From NCBI GenBank assembly GCA_016764895.1, contig JAESRA010000069.1, positions 1,045 to 65,044 on the forward strand: 64,000 bases of DNA. Direction: 5' to 3'. The notes beneath the pieces are model-generated. The model did no database searches and was not told the DNA's origin. It saw only the letters and a program-made list of their open reading frames with translations. Each line of letters starts with the position of its first letter. The first letter of the stretch is position 1. Shown here piece by piece: positions 52,305 through 61,323 of this stretch. The DNA is from Phycisphaerales bacterium (GTDB lineage: Bacteria > Planctomycetota > Phycisphaerae > Phycisphaerales > UBA1924). A program made the translations under genes and the position numbers.

Positions 52305-53690
52305 ATGCCGAAAAAAGTATGGGACAACACACTCTCCGAGCACATCCTGCTCAAACGAATCCCCACAGCCCCCTTCGGGCACATCCGCGATCGCCATGTC
52401 GTCGGATACGACGAATACATCAAGACCGGCGGCTACGAAGGACTCCGCAAAGCCCTCACCATGAAACCCGAAGATGTGACGAGCCAGGTCAAAGACGCCG
52501 TCCTCCGCGGACGCGGCGGCGCAGGTTTCCCCTGCGGCCTCAAATGGACCTTCCTCCCAGACCCAGACGGCCAAGAACGCTACCTCGCCATCAACGCAGA
52601 CGAATCAGAACCAGGCACATTCAAAGACCGACTCCTCATGGACTTTGACCCCCACGGCATGCTCGAAGGCATCGCCATCTGCATGTACGCCTGCCGACTC
52701 GACAAAGCCTACATCTTCATCCGAGGCGAATACCACCACCAAGCCAAGGTTCTCGAAACCGCCATCAAAGAAGCCTACGACAACGGCATCTTCGGCAAAA
52801 ACGGCATGATCAACAAATCCTCCGCCTCCGGCGATCCATTCGTCGCCGAGTGCTATGTCCATCGCGGAGCCGGCGCCTACATCTGTGGCGAAGAAACCGC
52901 ACTCCTCGAAGGCATCGAAGGCAAACGAGGCTGGCCAAGAATCAAACCACCATTCCCCGCCATCAAAGGCCTCTTCGGTCGCCCAACAATCATCAACAAT
53001 GTCGAAACCCTCGCACACCTCCCCTACATCCTGACCGACGGCGCCAAAGCATTCTGCGAACTCGGCGTTGAATCCTCCATCGGCGGCCCGCCGTCCTACG
53101 GCACAAAGTTAATGGGCGTCTCAGGACATGTCGAAAAACCCGGCTGCTACGAACTCGAACTCGGCGTCCCCCTCCGCACACTCATCGAAGACTACTGCGG
53201 CGGCATCAAAGGCGGCAAAAAATACAAAGCCGCCATCCCCGGCGGCGTCTCCATGGGCATCCTCGGAACCGACCAATACGAAGCATGCCTCGACTTCGAC
53301 ATCGGCAAACAACACGGCGTCCTCGGTCTAGGCACCTCAGGCCCAACAGTCTTCGACGAAGACACCGACATGGTTTCGGTCTGTCGAAACATCACCCGAT
53401 TCTTCAAACACGAATCCTGCGGCCAATGCACTCCCTGCCGCGAAGGCTCCGGCTGGCTCTACCAAATCATGACCCGAATCGAAGCCGGCGACGCCAAATC
53501 CAAAGACCTCGACCTCGCCCTAGAAATCGCCAACTCCATGGGCTCCATGCCTGGCACCACCATCTGTGGTTTAGCCGACGGCAACGCTTGGGCGACCCGA
53601 ACCATCATGGAAAAATTCCCCGAAGAGTTCCAAAACCGAGTCCAACGAACCTTCATCCCCGTCACGCTCGACATGTCCACACTGGGCTAA
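52305..53690 (+). CDS. nuoF: NADH-quinone oxidoreductase subunit F
   Basis: ATG 52305 follows GGAG. GRGGAGFPCGLKW (FMN), NADESEPGTFKDR and ESCGQCTPCREG (4Fe-4S). Confidence 0.95.
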   Translation: MPKKVWDNTLSEHILLKRIPTAPFGHIRDRHVVGYDEYIKTGGYEGLRKALTMKPEDVTSQVKDAVLRGRGGAGFPCGLKWTFLPDPDGQERYLAINADESEPGTFKDRLLMDFDPHGMLEGIAICMYACRLDKAYIFIRGEYHHQAKVLETAIKEAYDNGIFGKNGMINKSSASGDPFVAECYVHRGAGAYICGEETALLEGIEGKRGWPRIKPPFPAIKGLFGRPTIINNVETLAHLPYILTDGAKAFCELGVESSIGGPPSYGTKLMGVSGHVEKPGCYELELGVPLRTLIEDYCGGIKGGKKYKAAIPGGVSMGILGTDQYEACLDFDIGKQHGVLGLGTSGPTVFDEDTDMVSVCRNITRFFKHESCGQCTPCREGSGWLYQIMTRIEAGDAKSKDLDLALEIANSMGSMPGTTICGLADGNAWATRTIMEKFPEEFQNRVQRTFIPVTLDMSTLG

Positions 53691-53778
53691 TTTTCCTTCG
53701 GATCGAATAATCCATCGTTCAACCGCGTTGAGTTCTCTATAAGGCCGTCATCGGTCTGCTATCCCAGAGGAGAACTTC

Positions 53779-54213
53779 GTGGCCCAACCCAAAAAACCAA
53801 TCGTAAGCTGGATTCTCCAAGCACTCATCATTCTCATCCTTCTCATGGCCGGCCCAATCCCCAAACTCACCGGCGCAGAAGGCGCGATCGCACTCTTTAC
53901 AGAACTCGGCGCAGAACCAATAGGCCGCTACGCCGTCGGCGCATTTGAAGCCCTCGCCATCACCCTGCTCATCGTCCCCAAGACCACCATCTACGGCGCG
54001 ATCCTCACCACCGGCCTCATGGCCGGCGCAATCATGGGACACCTCACCAAACTCGGCATCTCCATCTCCCCCGATGTCCACCCAGACCTCCAAGGCCCAG
54101 GCATGTTCATCATGGCCGTCGTCGCCTTCCTCTCAGCACTCGGCATCCTCGCCATCCGCCGAGCCCAACTCCCAATCATCGGCGACAAGTTCACCACCGC
54201 ATCAGATCCCTGA
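53779..54213 (+). CDS. DoxX-family membrane protein
   Basis: GTG 53779 follows GAGGAG. Four predicted TM helices. ILLMAGPIPKLTGAEGAIALFTELG...GAFEALAITLLIVPKT fits the DoxX pattern. Confidence 0.7.
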   Translation: MAQPKKPIVSWILQALIILILLMAGPIPKLTGAEGAIALFTELGAEPIGRYAVGAFEALAITLLIVPKTTIYGAILTTGLMAGAIMGHLTKLGISISPDVHPDLQGPGMFIMAVVAFLSALGILAIRRAQLPIIGDKFTTASDP

Positions 54214-54221
54214 ACACATTT

Positions 54222-54334
54222 GGGTGCCGTGCTTTCGCCGTCTTCGGCTAAAGCACGAACGGACATCTCCAAACAAAAAGCAAGCCGGGTGCCACTATTC
54301 GCCGTTTTTGGGGGGCGGCGCAGTAGTATTTTTT
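54222..54334 (+). repeat. structured intergenic repeat, copy 1 (two GGGTGCC-led hairpins with CGCCG-TCTT-CGGC cores)
   Basis: GGGTGCCGTGCTTTCGCCGTCTTCGGCTAAAGCACGAA ... GGGTGCCACTATTCGCCG...CGGCGCAGTAGTA followed by TTTTTT. Homologous to 59138-59219. An inverted GGGTGCCACT lies at 54389-54399. Confidence 0.7.
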
Positions 54335-54420
54335 GGATTGCACTGAATTGCTAAGTTTTCAAGACACTGCTGCGCATAAGAATGCGAGCAGTGGCACCCA
54401 CAAATCCAATCTTCCTCTCT

Positions 54421-54447
54421 GTGTTCTCTGTGTTCTCTGTGTTCTCT
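54421..54447. repeat. 9-bp tandem repeat GTGTTCTCT x3
   Basis: Three perfect adjacent units in the DoxX-downstream spacer. Confidence 0.9.
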
Positions 54448-54590
54448 GTGGTCAAGTCTTCTCTTATCTTTTCTTCCCCCAATGGCAAGTGGCTAATCCC
54501 TAATCCCTTCTTCAAAAATCAAGCAGCGAGCGTTCCCGCTCGCTGCCCGCCTGAAGGAATCAGGATGGTGTGGTTTGTTAGGCCGATGAT

Positions 54591-55457
54591 TCAATCATCA
54601 TCGGAACCTTGATTCTGTTTCGTCACGCGCCGCTGTTTCTTGTTGCGCCGTTCTTTGCGCTCACCCGCCTCAGCGTTCTTAACTTTGGATCGCTTCGATT
54701 TCACCGCCCCGTCAACACGCTCATGGCGTTGCACACGCATCTTGGCAACCTTCTCCTTGACCGCGGTTTGTTGCTCAGAAGTTAAAACCGACCACAGTTT
54801 CTTCTTGGCGGCCTGATCCGAAGGAGCCTTGCTCATCACCTCACGCCTCTGTGTACGCCTCTGCTCACGCATCTGCTGTTGTTTCTCTGGCGACGCACGC
54901 TCTCCCTGCTGAGCGCGTTTCTTTTCACCGAGTTCTCCATCGGGGCGTTGTCGTTGGAGTTGTCCAGCGTTGCTGCCCTCGCGATGTTTGCCATTACCCT
55001 TGGCTTTCCGGTCTCCGTCTCCACGCTTCTGCTCGCCGGCTTTCTCGCCATCGCGTTGTCCTTGCTTTCCCTGCTGCCCTCGCTGTTTCCGCATTCCTTC
55101 AAGCTCTTTTTTATGAGCTTCCTTAAACGCGGCTACCTTTTTCTTATGCGATTGAACGATCTCTTTGATCTGCACCTTCTGCTCATCGCTGAGCGCAAGC
55201 TCAGGATTATCCTGCGCGGCTTTATTCAATCCCCGGATAGCACCAAGATACGCCCGAAACGGCAAATCCCCCGCACGCCGAGTCGCCTCACCAGACCCAC
55301 TCATCGAATCCCCAGCATCAGCCCCAGAAGATTCAACAACCTCAGGCCCGCGAAGCAATCCAGCCTCCTCTTCATTTGGTTCAGCAGCAACAACGGTTCC
55401 CGCCAAAGCCGCGATCATCACAGCAATCCCAAATCGTTTTATGTTTGTAGTAGTCAT
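54591..55457 (-). CDS. periplasmic LTXXQ-motif (Spy/CpxP-like) basic protein
   Basis: ATG 55457 gives the signal peptide MTTTNIKRFGIAVMIAALAGTVVAA. LSDEQKVQIKEI and LTSEQQTAVKEKV motifs. Very K/R/Q/E-rich. The longer ORF-track start (55787) runs into the mrp gene. Confidence 0.5.
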   Translation of the reverse strand: MTTTNIKRFGIAVMIAALAGTVVAAEPNEEEAGLLRGPEVVESSGADAGDSMSGSGEATRRAGDLPFRAYLGAIRGLNKAAQDNPELALSDEQKVQIKEIVQSHKKKVAAFKEAHKKELEGMRKQRGQQGKQGQRDGEKAGEQKRGDGDRKAKGNGKHREGSNAGQLQRQRPDGELGEKKRAQQGERASPEKQQQMREQRRTQRREVMSKAPSDQAAKKKLWSVLTSEQQTAVKEKVAKMRVQRHERVDGAVKSKRSKVKNAEAGERKERRNKKQRRVTKQNQGSDDD

Positions 55458-55659
55458 ATACCAAAGTCTCCCATCAAGGCCGAGCGTCACGCCCAGCGGT
55501 GTACCTGTATTGCCTATCGACCAGCCAAACGCCACACGATTCCTCATATTGCACACCACCGAAATCTTCAACGGTCTATGATCTTCCCGGTTCGGTTTAC
55601 GCCGGTTATCCCATCTAAAACACCTGCATTTCAAGCAATCCACCCCAAAGGACCTTCCC

Positions 55660-56859
55660 ATGCCCCTCACCAAAGAACTCATCAACGACGCACTCTCAGG
55701 AGTCTCCCACCCAGAAGGCGGCGACCTCGTCTCACGAAACTGCATCCTCAACATCGCCATTTGCAGCACCGACGCCTCAGTCCGCATCTGCTACACCCAA
55801 GGCAACCCAGACCAAAAACAACCAGATCGCAACACCCTCTCCAACATGGGCAAGTTCATCGAACAACTCATCCGCGCCACCGCCAAATCAGAAGGCGTAG
55901 AAAACCTAGGCCTCATCATCGACTTCGTAGACCACGCAGGCCAGGTTGTGTTGAAGTTGAAGAGTGACACCCCCCAAAATAAAGATCACGCCAAGCCGAC
56001 CGAGCAACCGCCTCAAGGTACCCCGCAAAATAGTGCCGCCGCCGGAGTCCCAGGCGTCAAGCACATCATCGCCGTCGGCGCAGGAAAAGGTGGCGTAGGA
56101 AAATCCACCGTCGCCATCAACCTCGCAATAGGACTCGCACGAAAAGGCCACGCCGTCGGCGTCCTCGACGGCGACATCTACGGCCCATCACTCCCAACAA
56201 TGCTCGGACTCGGCGCACTCGACCAAGCAGTCATCGAATCAACACTCCAACCATTCCTCGTCCACGGCATCAAATCAATCACCATGGGCAAACTCGTCGA
56301 CCCCGAAAAACCACTCATCTGGCGAGGACCAATGGCCCACGGCGCATTCCACCAACTCATCGAACGCACACAATGGGGCGAGCTCGACTACCTCATCGTC
56401 GATCTCCCACCAGGCACCGGCGATGTCCCCCTCACCCTCGCCCAATCCGTCAAACTCACCGGAGCCGTCATCGTCTGCACCCCTCAAAAAGTAGCCCAAG
56501 ACGACGCCGTCCGCGCGTCAAAGATGTTCGAATCCCTCGGAGTTGATGTCCTGGGCGTCGTCGAAAACATGTCCTACTTCATCGGAGACGACGGCAAAGA
56601 ATACGACATCTTCGGCAAAGGCGGCGCACAAAAAATGGCCCAACGACTCGCCCTCCCCTTCCTAGGCTCCATCCCCATCAACACCGCCTTGCGCCAAAAC
56701 ATGGACAACGGCAACCCACCAAAAAACTTCGACCCCAAAACCGCCGGAGGCAACCAACTCCCCGCAGCATTAGAACAACTCACCGACCAACTCATCGCCC
56801 AAGTCACCCTCGCATCAATGAACAAAAACAACCAAGCACCAACACTCAGCATCTCCTGA
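55660..56859 (+). CDS. mrp: Mrp/NBP35 (ApbC) family iron-sulfur cluster carrier ATPase
   Basis: N-terminal DUF59-like segment. IIAVGAGKGGVGKSTVAINLA (deviant Walker A) and DYLIVDLPPGTGDVPLTL. Confidence 0.9.
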   Translation: MPLTKELINDALSGVSHPEGGDLVSRNCILNIAICSTDASVRICYTQGNPDQKQPDRNTLSNMGKFIEQLIRATAKSEGVENLGLIIDFVDHAGQVVLKLKSDTPQNKDHAKPTEQPPQGTPQNSAAAGVPGVKHIIAVGAGKGGVGKSTVAINLAIGLARKGHAVGVLDGDIYGPSLPTMLGLGALDQAVIESTLQPFLVHGIKSITMGKLVDPEKPLIWRGPMAHGAFHQLIERTQWGELDYLIVDLPPGTGDVPLTLAQSVKLTGAVIVCTPQKVAQDDAVRASKMFESLGVDVLGVVENMSYFIGDDGKEYDIFGKGGAQKMAQRLALPFLGSIPINTALRQNMDNGNPPKNFDPKTAGGNQLPAALEQLTDQLIAQVTLASMNKNNQAPTLSIS

Positions 56860-58506
56860 TTATCGAGTACGAACTTTCGACCGAATCAACTCACGCAACG
56901 CCGGGCCCTTCCGAGGCACCACCGGCACCACATCAAGCACCTGCCCCGGCAACACATCCGTCAGCACCGTCTGCGTCCCATCAGGCCACTTCACCACCAC
57001 CTCATCAATCATCGTGTGTTGTCCAATTCCAAAATGCGCCTCCGCTGGTACCTGAGCCATAAAACTCGTCCCCGCGCTGATGAGCCGCATGCGATCGACG
57101 CTCCCAGTTCGTATCGTCACCACCGCTCCAATCGCCCGCGTGTTATTGGTCCCAGGCATCCGAGGCCGCACCACCAACCACCGATTCCCAGGCCTCACCT
57201 CAGCCACATTACTCTCCAATACACGCACCGGCCCATTCATCACCGTCACAATCAAATCCAAATCCCCATCACGATCAAAATCCACATCCACAAGCGCAGA
57301 ACCATAATCATCAAACCCAAACCCAATTGCCTCCTCCTCCGCAACATACACAGGCGTCCCCACCATCGGCCCCCGATTCATCCACAACTTCCAAGGCACA
57401 TCAGCCCCCCCAAACTCAATAGCATTGACCTCCGCCAAATCCAACTTCCCGTCGTTGTCAAAATCAACAAACACCGTCCCCCATCCCCAACCACCATTAT
57501 CCACCCCGAGCGCAACGGCCTCTTCATCGTACCCGATTGTTGTGTTGGACTTGGTAAAGAACACATTGTGTTCAGGAATCCCAGACGGATTCCCAAACAA
57601 GTTCGTCACATACAAATCAAAATCCCCATCATTATCACAATCCCCCAGCGTCGCCCCCATCTCATTAAACGAAGTATCGAGCCCAAGAGCCACCGCCGAA
57701 TCAATAAACACTCCCGTCCCATCATTTTCCAGCATCGTATTAGGCAAAAAATCATGCGCCAAAAATACATCAAGATCCCCATCACCCTCCTGGTCAAACA
57801 TCAAAGCCTGCCAGTACGCCCCCCCCGCACCAGCCAGCGGCGAATCACCAGTAATATCCGTAAACATCATCCCCCCATCATTCCGAAAAATCCAAGCACC
57901 CTCATCCCAAGTCGTCACCACCAAATCAAGCCGACCATCCCCCGTCAAATCCCCCGCACACATCGCCCCCCCATGCGTCTGGGCTGCAAGCAATGGCATT
58001 AAATCCAACCCAGACCCAACCGTCACCTCCACAAACGAATGATCCGCCTGCTGCTGATACAACGCAATCGTCCGCGCCCCAATCACACCCGGAATCTGAA
58101 ACTGATCGTACTGAATCACCAGATCAAGCAGATCATCCCCATCAGCATCAAACCACAACGCCGATCGAGCGTTATCCAAATCCGTAATCCCAGAAGCGAC
58201 CGCGATCTCAGTAAACACGCCCCCATCATTGCGATACAACTGGCACGCAAACCCAACCCCGCTGGGCACAAACAGATCAACATCCCCATCATTGTCATAG
58301 TCCGCCGCAATCAAGCCCGTCCCCATCCCCATCCCATGATTCAAAGCCCCAATCCCGATCGCCCCGCCAACATCACTCAGCCGCAACTCGTACTCAACCG
58401 CATCAATCGTCGACGCGCTGGGCCGGGTCGACCTCGTCGCCCCCGCCGGCCCAAGACACAGCCCGAACAATAAACCACCGCTCAATGCAATACTCACAAA
58501 TGCCAT
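56860..58506 (-). CDS. FG-GAP repeat / ASPIC-UnbV (CRTAC1-family) secreted protein
   Basis: Seven D-x-D-x-DG-x-x-D-L repeats (DYDNDGDVDLF, GDLTGDGRLDLVV, GDCDNDGDFDLYVTN...) and a C-terminal UnbV-like block NRWLVVRP...GAVVTIRTG...GTSFMAQVPAEAHFGIG. Confidence 0.85.
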   Translation of the reverse strand: MAFVSIALSGGLLFGLCLGPAGATRSTRPSASTIDAVEYELRLSDVGGAIGIGALNHGMGMGTGLIAADYDNDGDVDLFVPSGVGFACQLYRNDGGVFTEIAVASGITDLDNARSALWFDADGDDLLDLVIQYDQFQIPGVIGARTIALYQQQADHSFVEVTVGSGLDLMPLLAAQTHGGAMCAGDLTGDGRLDLVVTTWDEGAWIFRNDGGMMFTDITGDSPLAGAGGAYWQALMFDQEGDGDLDVFLAHDFLPNTMLENDGTGVFIDSAVALGLDTSFNEMGATLGDCDNDGDFDLYVTNLFGNPSGIPEHNVFFTKSNTTIGYDEEAVALGVDNGGWGWGTVFVDFDNDGKLDLAEVNAIEFGGADVPWKLWMNRGPMVGTPVYVAEEEAIGFGFDDYGSALVDVDFDRDGDLDLIVTVMNGPVRVLESNVAEVRPGNRWLVVRPRMPGTNNTRAIGAVVTIRTGSVDRMRLISAGTSFMAQVPAEAHFGIGQHTMIDEVVVKWPDGTQTVLTDVLPGQVLDVVPVVPRKGPALRELIRSKVRTR

Positions 58507-58700
58507 TTCTAAGCCCTCAATACGAGTTAAGATTCCACACCCAGTACACCAGAATTACCCTCCAAACTCAACCTAAAACCACCGATTTCACACGCTCTTT
58601 ACAATTTTCACACAAAATCGGACCTTTCCACATCCGTCATCATGCATCGGTGGTATATTCCAAACAGAAAGCAAACAAAAAAGTCTACTAAGGGAACCCA

Positions 58701-59126
58701 ATGACCACAACATCCACCATCATCGCCCAAATTGCCAAAGACCTCGTCGCCCACTGCAACACCGAGCATGAGGACATCATCGCTCACGACTGCGCCCTCT
58801 GGGACAAGCACTTCGCTCCAGACTTCATCAGCATCGAAGGCGACGGCAAGACCTACCAGGGCCGCGACGCCATGATCGCCAAATACAAAGAATGGCAAGC
58901 CTCCACCAAAATGCACTCCTGCAAAGTCACAGGCCCATTCCTAGGCCAAGACTCCTTCAGCGTCATCTTCGAAATCGACATGGAATCAAACACCGGCCAG
59001 TTCCCCCGCATGACCATGCAAGAAGTCGCCATCTACACCGTCACCAACGGCAAAATCACCAAAGAAGAGTTCTGCTACCCATGCCAAGACTGCCAAGACT
59101 GCCAAGACTGTCAAGACTGCGAGTAA
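58701..59126 (+). CDS. NTF2/SnoaL-like small protein with C-terminal (CQD)4 tail
   Basis: AAGGGA SD-like motif. About 125 aa with an NTF2-like pattern (low-confidence family call), ending YPCQDCQDCQDCQDCE. Confidence 0.5.
   Translation: MTTTSTIIAQIAKDLVAHCNTEHEDIIAHDCALWDKHFAPDFISIEGDGKTYQGRDAMIAKYKEWQASTKMHSCKVTGPFLGQDSFSVIFEIDMESNTGQFPRMTMQEVAIYTVTNGKITKEEFCYPCQDCQDCQDCQDCE
59082..59117 (+). repeat. in-frame 9-bp tandem repeat TG(C/T)CAAGAC x4
   Basis: Units at 59082, 59091, 59100 and 59109 encode the C-Q-D repeats at the 3' end of the CDS. Confidence 0.95.
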
Positions 59127-59137
59127 ACCAATTTTAA

Positions 59138-59219
59138 GGGTGCCATGCTTTCGCCGTCTTCGGCTAAAGCATGAATAGATACTCGGGTACCACTACTCGC
59201 CGTCTTCGGCGCAGTAGTG
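59138..59219 (+). repeat. structured intergenic repeat, copy 2
   Basis: GGGTGCCATGCTTTCGCCGTCTTCGGCTAAAGCATGAA ... GGGTACCACTACTCGCCGTCTTCGGCGCAGTAGTG. Relative to copy 1, the first stem changes G..C to A..T at the paired outer position. Confidence 0.7.
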
Positions 59220-59255
59220 TCTTATGTCACCAATTTTCATCCCACCTCATCCCCC

Positions 59256-59876
59256 TCACCCCACCCTCGCCGCCTCAACCTTCTCAATCGCCTCAGCAAT
59301 CGCCCGCTCAATATCCTCATTGATCACAAAGGTGTCATACACATCAGATTCCTTCGCAAACGCAATCTCCCGCTTGGCCTCAGCAAACCGCTTCTGAATC
59401 AACTCCTCAGATTCCCGCTTCCGGTTCCGCAACCGATTGAGCAACTCCTCTTCGCTCGGCGGCAAAATAAACAACCCAAACGCCTCAGGCATCCGATTCT
59501 TCACCTGTTGAGCCCCCAAAACATCAATCTCCAAAATCACAAGCCGCCCGCGCGCAAGTTGCTCGGCAACCCACTTGCGCCGCGTCCCATACTTCTTCCC
59601 AAACACATCAGCCCATTCCAAAAATAAGTCGTTCTCCACAAGTTCATCAAACTCATCGTCGGAAATAAAGTGATAATCCACCCCCTCAATATCCGCCTCA
59701 GTCTTGGCCCGCGTCGTATAGCTCACCGAAAACACCGAATCCCCAATCGACCGCTCAACCCCACGCGTAATCGTCGTCTTCCCAACCCCCGAAGGCCCAG
59801 AAATAATCAACAACAACCCATTCTCAGTATCAGTCGGTAGCCGCGGGTATCCAGTTTCCATCGAAATCATCTCCAT
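59256..59876 (-). CDS. gmk: guanylate kinase
   Basis: ISGPSGVGKTTI (P-loop), SYTTRAKTEADIEGVDYHFISDDEF and LEWADVFGKKYGT. In-frame ATGs also at 59870 and 59861. Confidence 0.95.
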   Translation of the reverse strand: MEMISMETGYPRLPTDTENGLLLIISGPSGVGKTTITRGVERSIGDSVFSVSYTTRAKTEADIEGVDYHFISDDEFDELVENDLFLEWADVFGKKYGTRRKWVAEQLARGRLVILEIDVLGAQQVKNRMPEAFGLFILPPSEEELLNRLRNRKRESEELIQKRFAEAKREIAFAKESDVYDTFVINEDIERAIAEAIEKVEAARVG

Positions 59877-59894
59877 GACCTGAGCGTAGCCCCC

Positions 59895-59938
59895 AAAAAA
59901 AGAAAGAGGGCGTAGCAGGCAGGAACCACTACGCCCTC
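59895..59938 (-). terminator. Rho-independent terminator (minus strand) after the PEP-CTERM gene pair
   Basis: 10-bp stem GAGGGCGTAG/CTACGCCCTC (59906-59938). On the minus strand it is followed by TTTCTTTTTTT. Confidence 0.75.
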
Positions 59939-59962
59939 GTGGAAAATTGTCCTAAAACTAGA

Positions 59963-60619
59963 TCAGTCTCCGCGTCTCCTCGCCCCAAGGGCAAGCACTC
60001 CGCTCAAGACAACCAGCGATCCTGGCGTTGGCACAACCGAAACAGAAGCACCGCCAAAAACCCCAATCCGGTCACTGATATCAGGTCCATAGGTAAAGTT
60101 GAGTTCAACATCTCCGCCAGACCATCCATCAAGCGGATTGCCCAGCAGATCACCAACGAACACCTCATACCGAACAGAGTGGGGGCCCTTAACATCGCTG
60201 GCATACCAATTGTGGATCATCGACCCATCCCATTGCCACACCGAATCAGAGCCATCGGTCCCCAAAATAGGGTCATACCCAAACTCCGAATACACCGACA
60301 AGTGCTCTGATCCGCCAAGCGTCCGCACAAAGACCCCGCTGTTTGGTGGCAACGAGATAAACCCATTGGCCAGCCACCCAAACTGCGAGTTATGTCCAAT
60401 CCCATCAAGCACCGAAGCCGAGCCGCTGAAGGCCCCAGACCCTTCAAGCATCTCAACGGTCGACATCGCCGGCGACTCAAAAGTCACATACACCTGCTGG
60501 TCAAATATAGAAACCAACAAATGACTCATCGGCCCACCCATCTGCGGAATGTCCGCCTGGGCAACACCAACAACAGCGATAGAAATGGCACACACGGTTA
60601 TCAATGATCGATTCAGCAT
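59963..60619 (-). CDS. secreted protein with PEP-CTERM-like anchor (paralog 1)
   Basis: Signal peptide MLNRSLITVCAISIAVVGVAQA. C-terminus VVPTPGSLVVLSGVLALGARRRGD. Shares blocks with the upstream paralog (YDPILGTDGSDSVWQWDGSMIHNWY vs YDAILGTDGSSDQWMWGGTMVHNWY). Confidence 0.75.
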   Translation of the reverse strand: MLNRSLITVCAISIAVVGVAQADIPQMGGPMSHLLVSIFDQQVYVTFESPAMSTVEMLEGSGAFSGSASVLDGIGHNSQFGWLANGFISLPPNSGVFVRTLGGSEHLSVYSEFGYDPILGTDGSDSVWQWDGSMIHNWYASDVKGPHSVRYEVFVGDLLGNPLDGWSGGDVELNFTYGPDISDRIGVFGGASVSVVPTPGSLVVLSGVLALGARRRGD

Positions 60620-60622
60620 GGC

Positions 60623-61252
60623 TTATGCCCTCCGCCGACGAGCCGCGACCAAACCGCCAAGCCCGATGAGCGAAAGCCCAGCAGGCGAAGGCACCGCATT
60701 AAAGTTCAGCGTCACATCAGAAGAAGTAAACCCAGCAAGCTCAATACCGCTCGCATCGCCAACATACACCCGGTAAGTCGCATCAAACTCACCAAGTGTA
60801 TCGGCGCTGTACCAGTTGTGAACCATTGTCCCGCCCCACATCCATTGGTCACTTGAACCGTCAGTTCCGAGGATTGCGTCATAGGTGTGCATCGAGCGCA
60901 TCATCCGCATACCACCTTCATACACATTGAGCCCAGCCGTCGAGCTCACATGCTCAACCCACACAAACTCACCAGCATCAAGGTTGATAAAACCATCGGC
61001 CACCCATCCATACTGACTCGAGTAATACGAATCATCAAGAACAGCCGCAGCTCCAGAATAAGTCTCACCAACAAACCGATTCATCTCGACCCGATTGCTG
61101 GCGCTGGTCATCACATGGGTATGAATGACATTATCGGCGCCCATCGAAATCTCAATATGCTCCATTGCTCCCCAAACATTGGGCCAGCTCATGCCGCCAA
61201 TGGCCGAGCCACAAACCAAAGCAACTGTCAAAGTAGTCATTATCGTATTCAT
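60623..61252 (-). CDS. secreted protein with PEP-CTERM-like anchor (paralog 2)
   Basis: ATG 61252 (or 61240) gives the signal peptide MNTIMTTLTVALVCGSAIGG. C-terminus AVPSPAGLSLIGLGGLVAARRRRA. Its stop is 3 bp from the start of paralog 1. Confidence 0.75.
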   Translation of the reverse strand: MNTIMTTLTVALVCGSAIGGMSWPNVWGAMEHIEISMGADNVIHTHVMTSASNRVEMNRFVGETYSGAAAVLDDSYYSSQYGWVADGFINLDAGEFVWVEHVSSTAGLNVYEGGMRMMRSMHTYDAILGTDGSSDQWMWGGTMVHNWYSADTLGEFDATYRVYVGDASGIELAGFTSSDVTLNFNAVPSPAGLSLIGLGGLVAARRRRA

Positions 61253-61323
61253 TGTATTCCTCTTCCATATAAATCCGCTCTTTGCAGAAGCGGTGTTGTT
61301 GTAAATAAGCCCAAGCAAACACT

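Noticed and set aside
54879-55967. 362-aa plus-strand ORF spanning the LTXXQ gene and the mrp 5' end
   Set aside because: It is antisense to a signal-peptide-bearing CDS and out of frame with mrp. It is Pro/Arg/His-rich with no motif.
57016-58042. 328-aa and 205-aa plus-strand ORFs
   Set aside because: They are antisense to the FG-GAP/ASPIC gene, whose repeat motifs are clear. The translations are low complexity.
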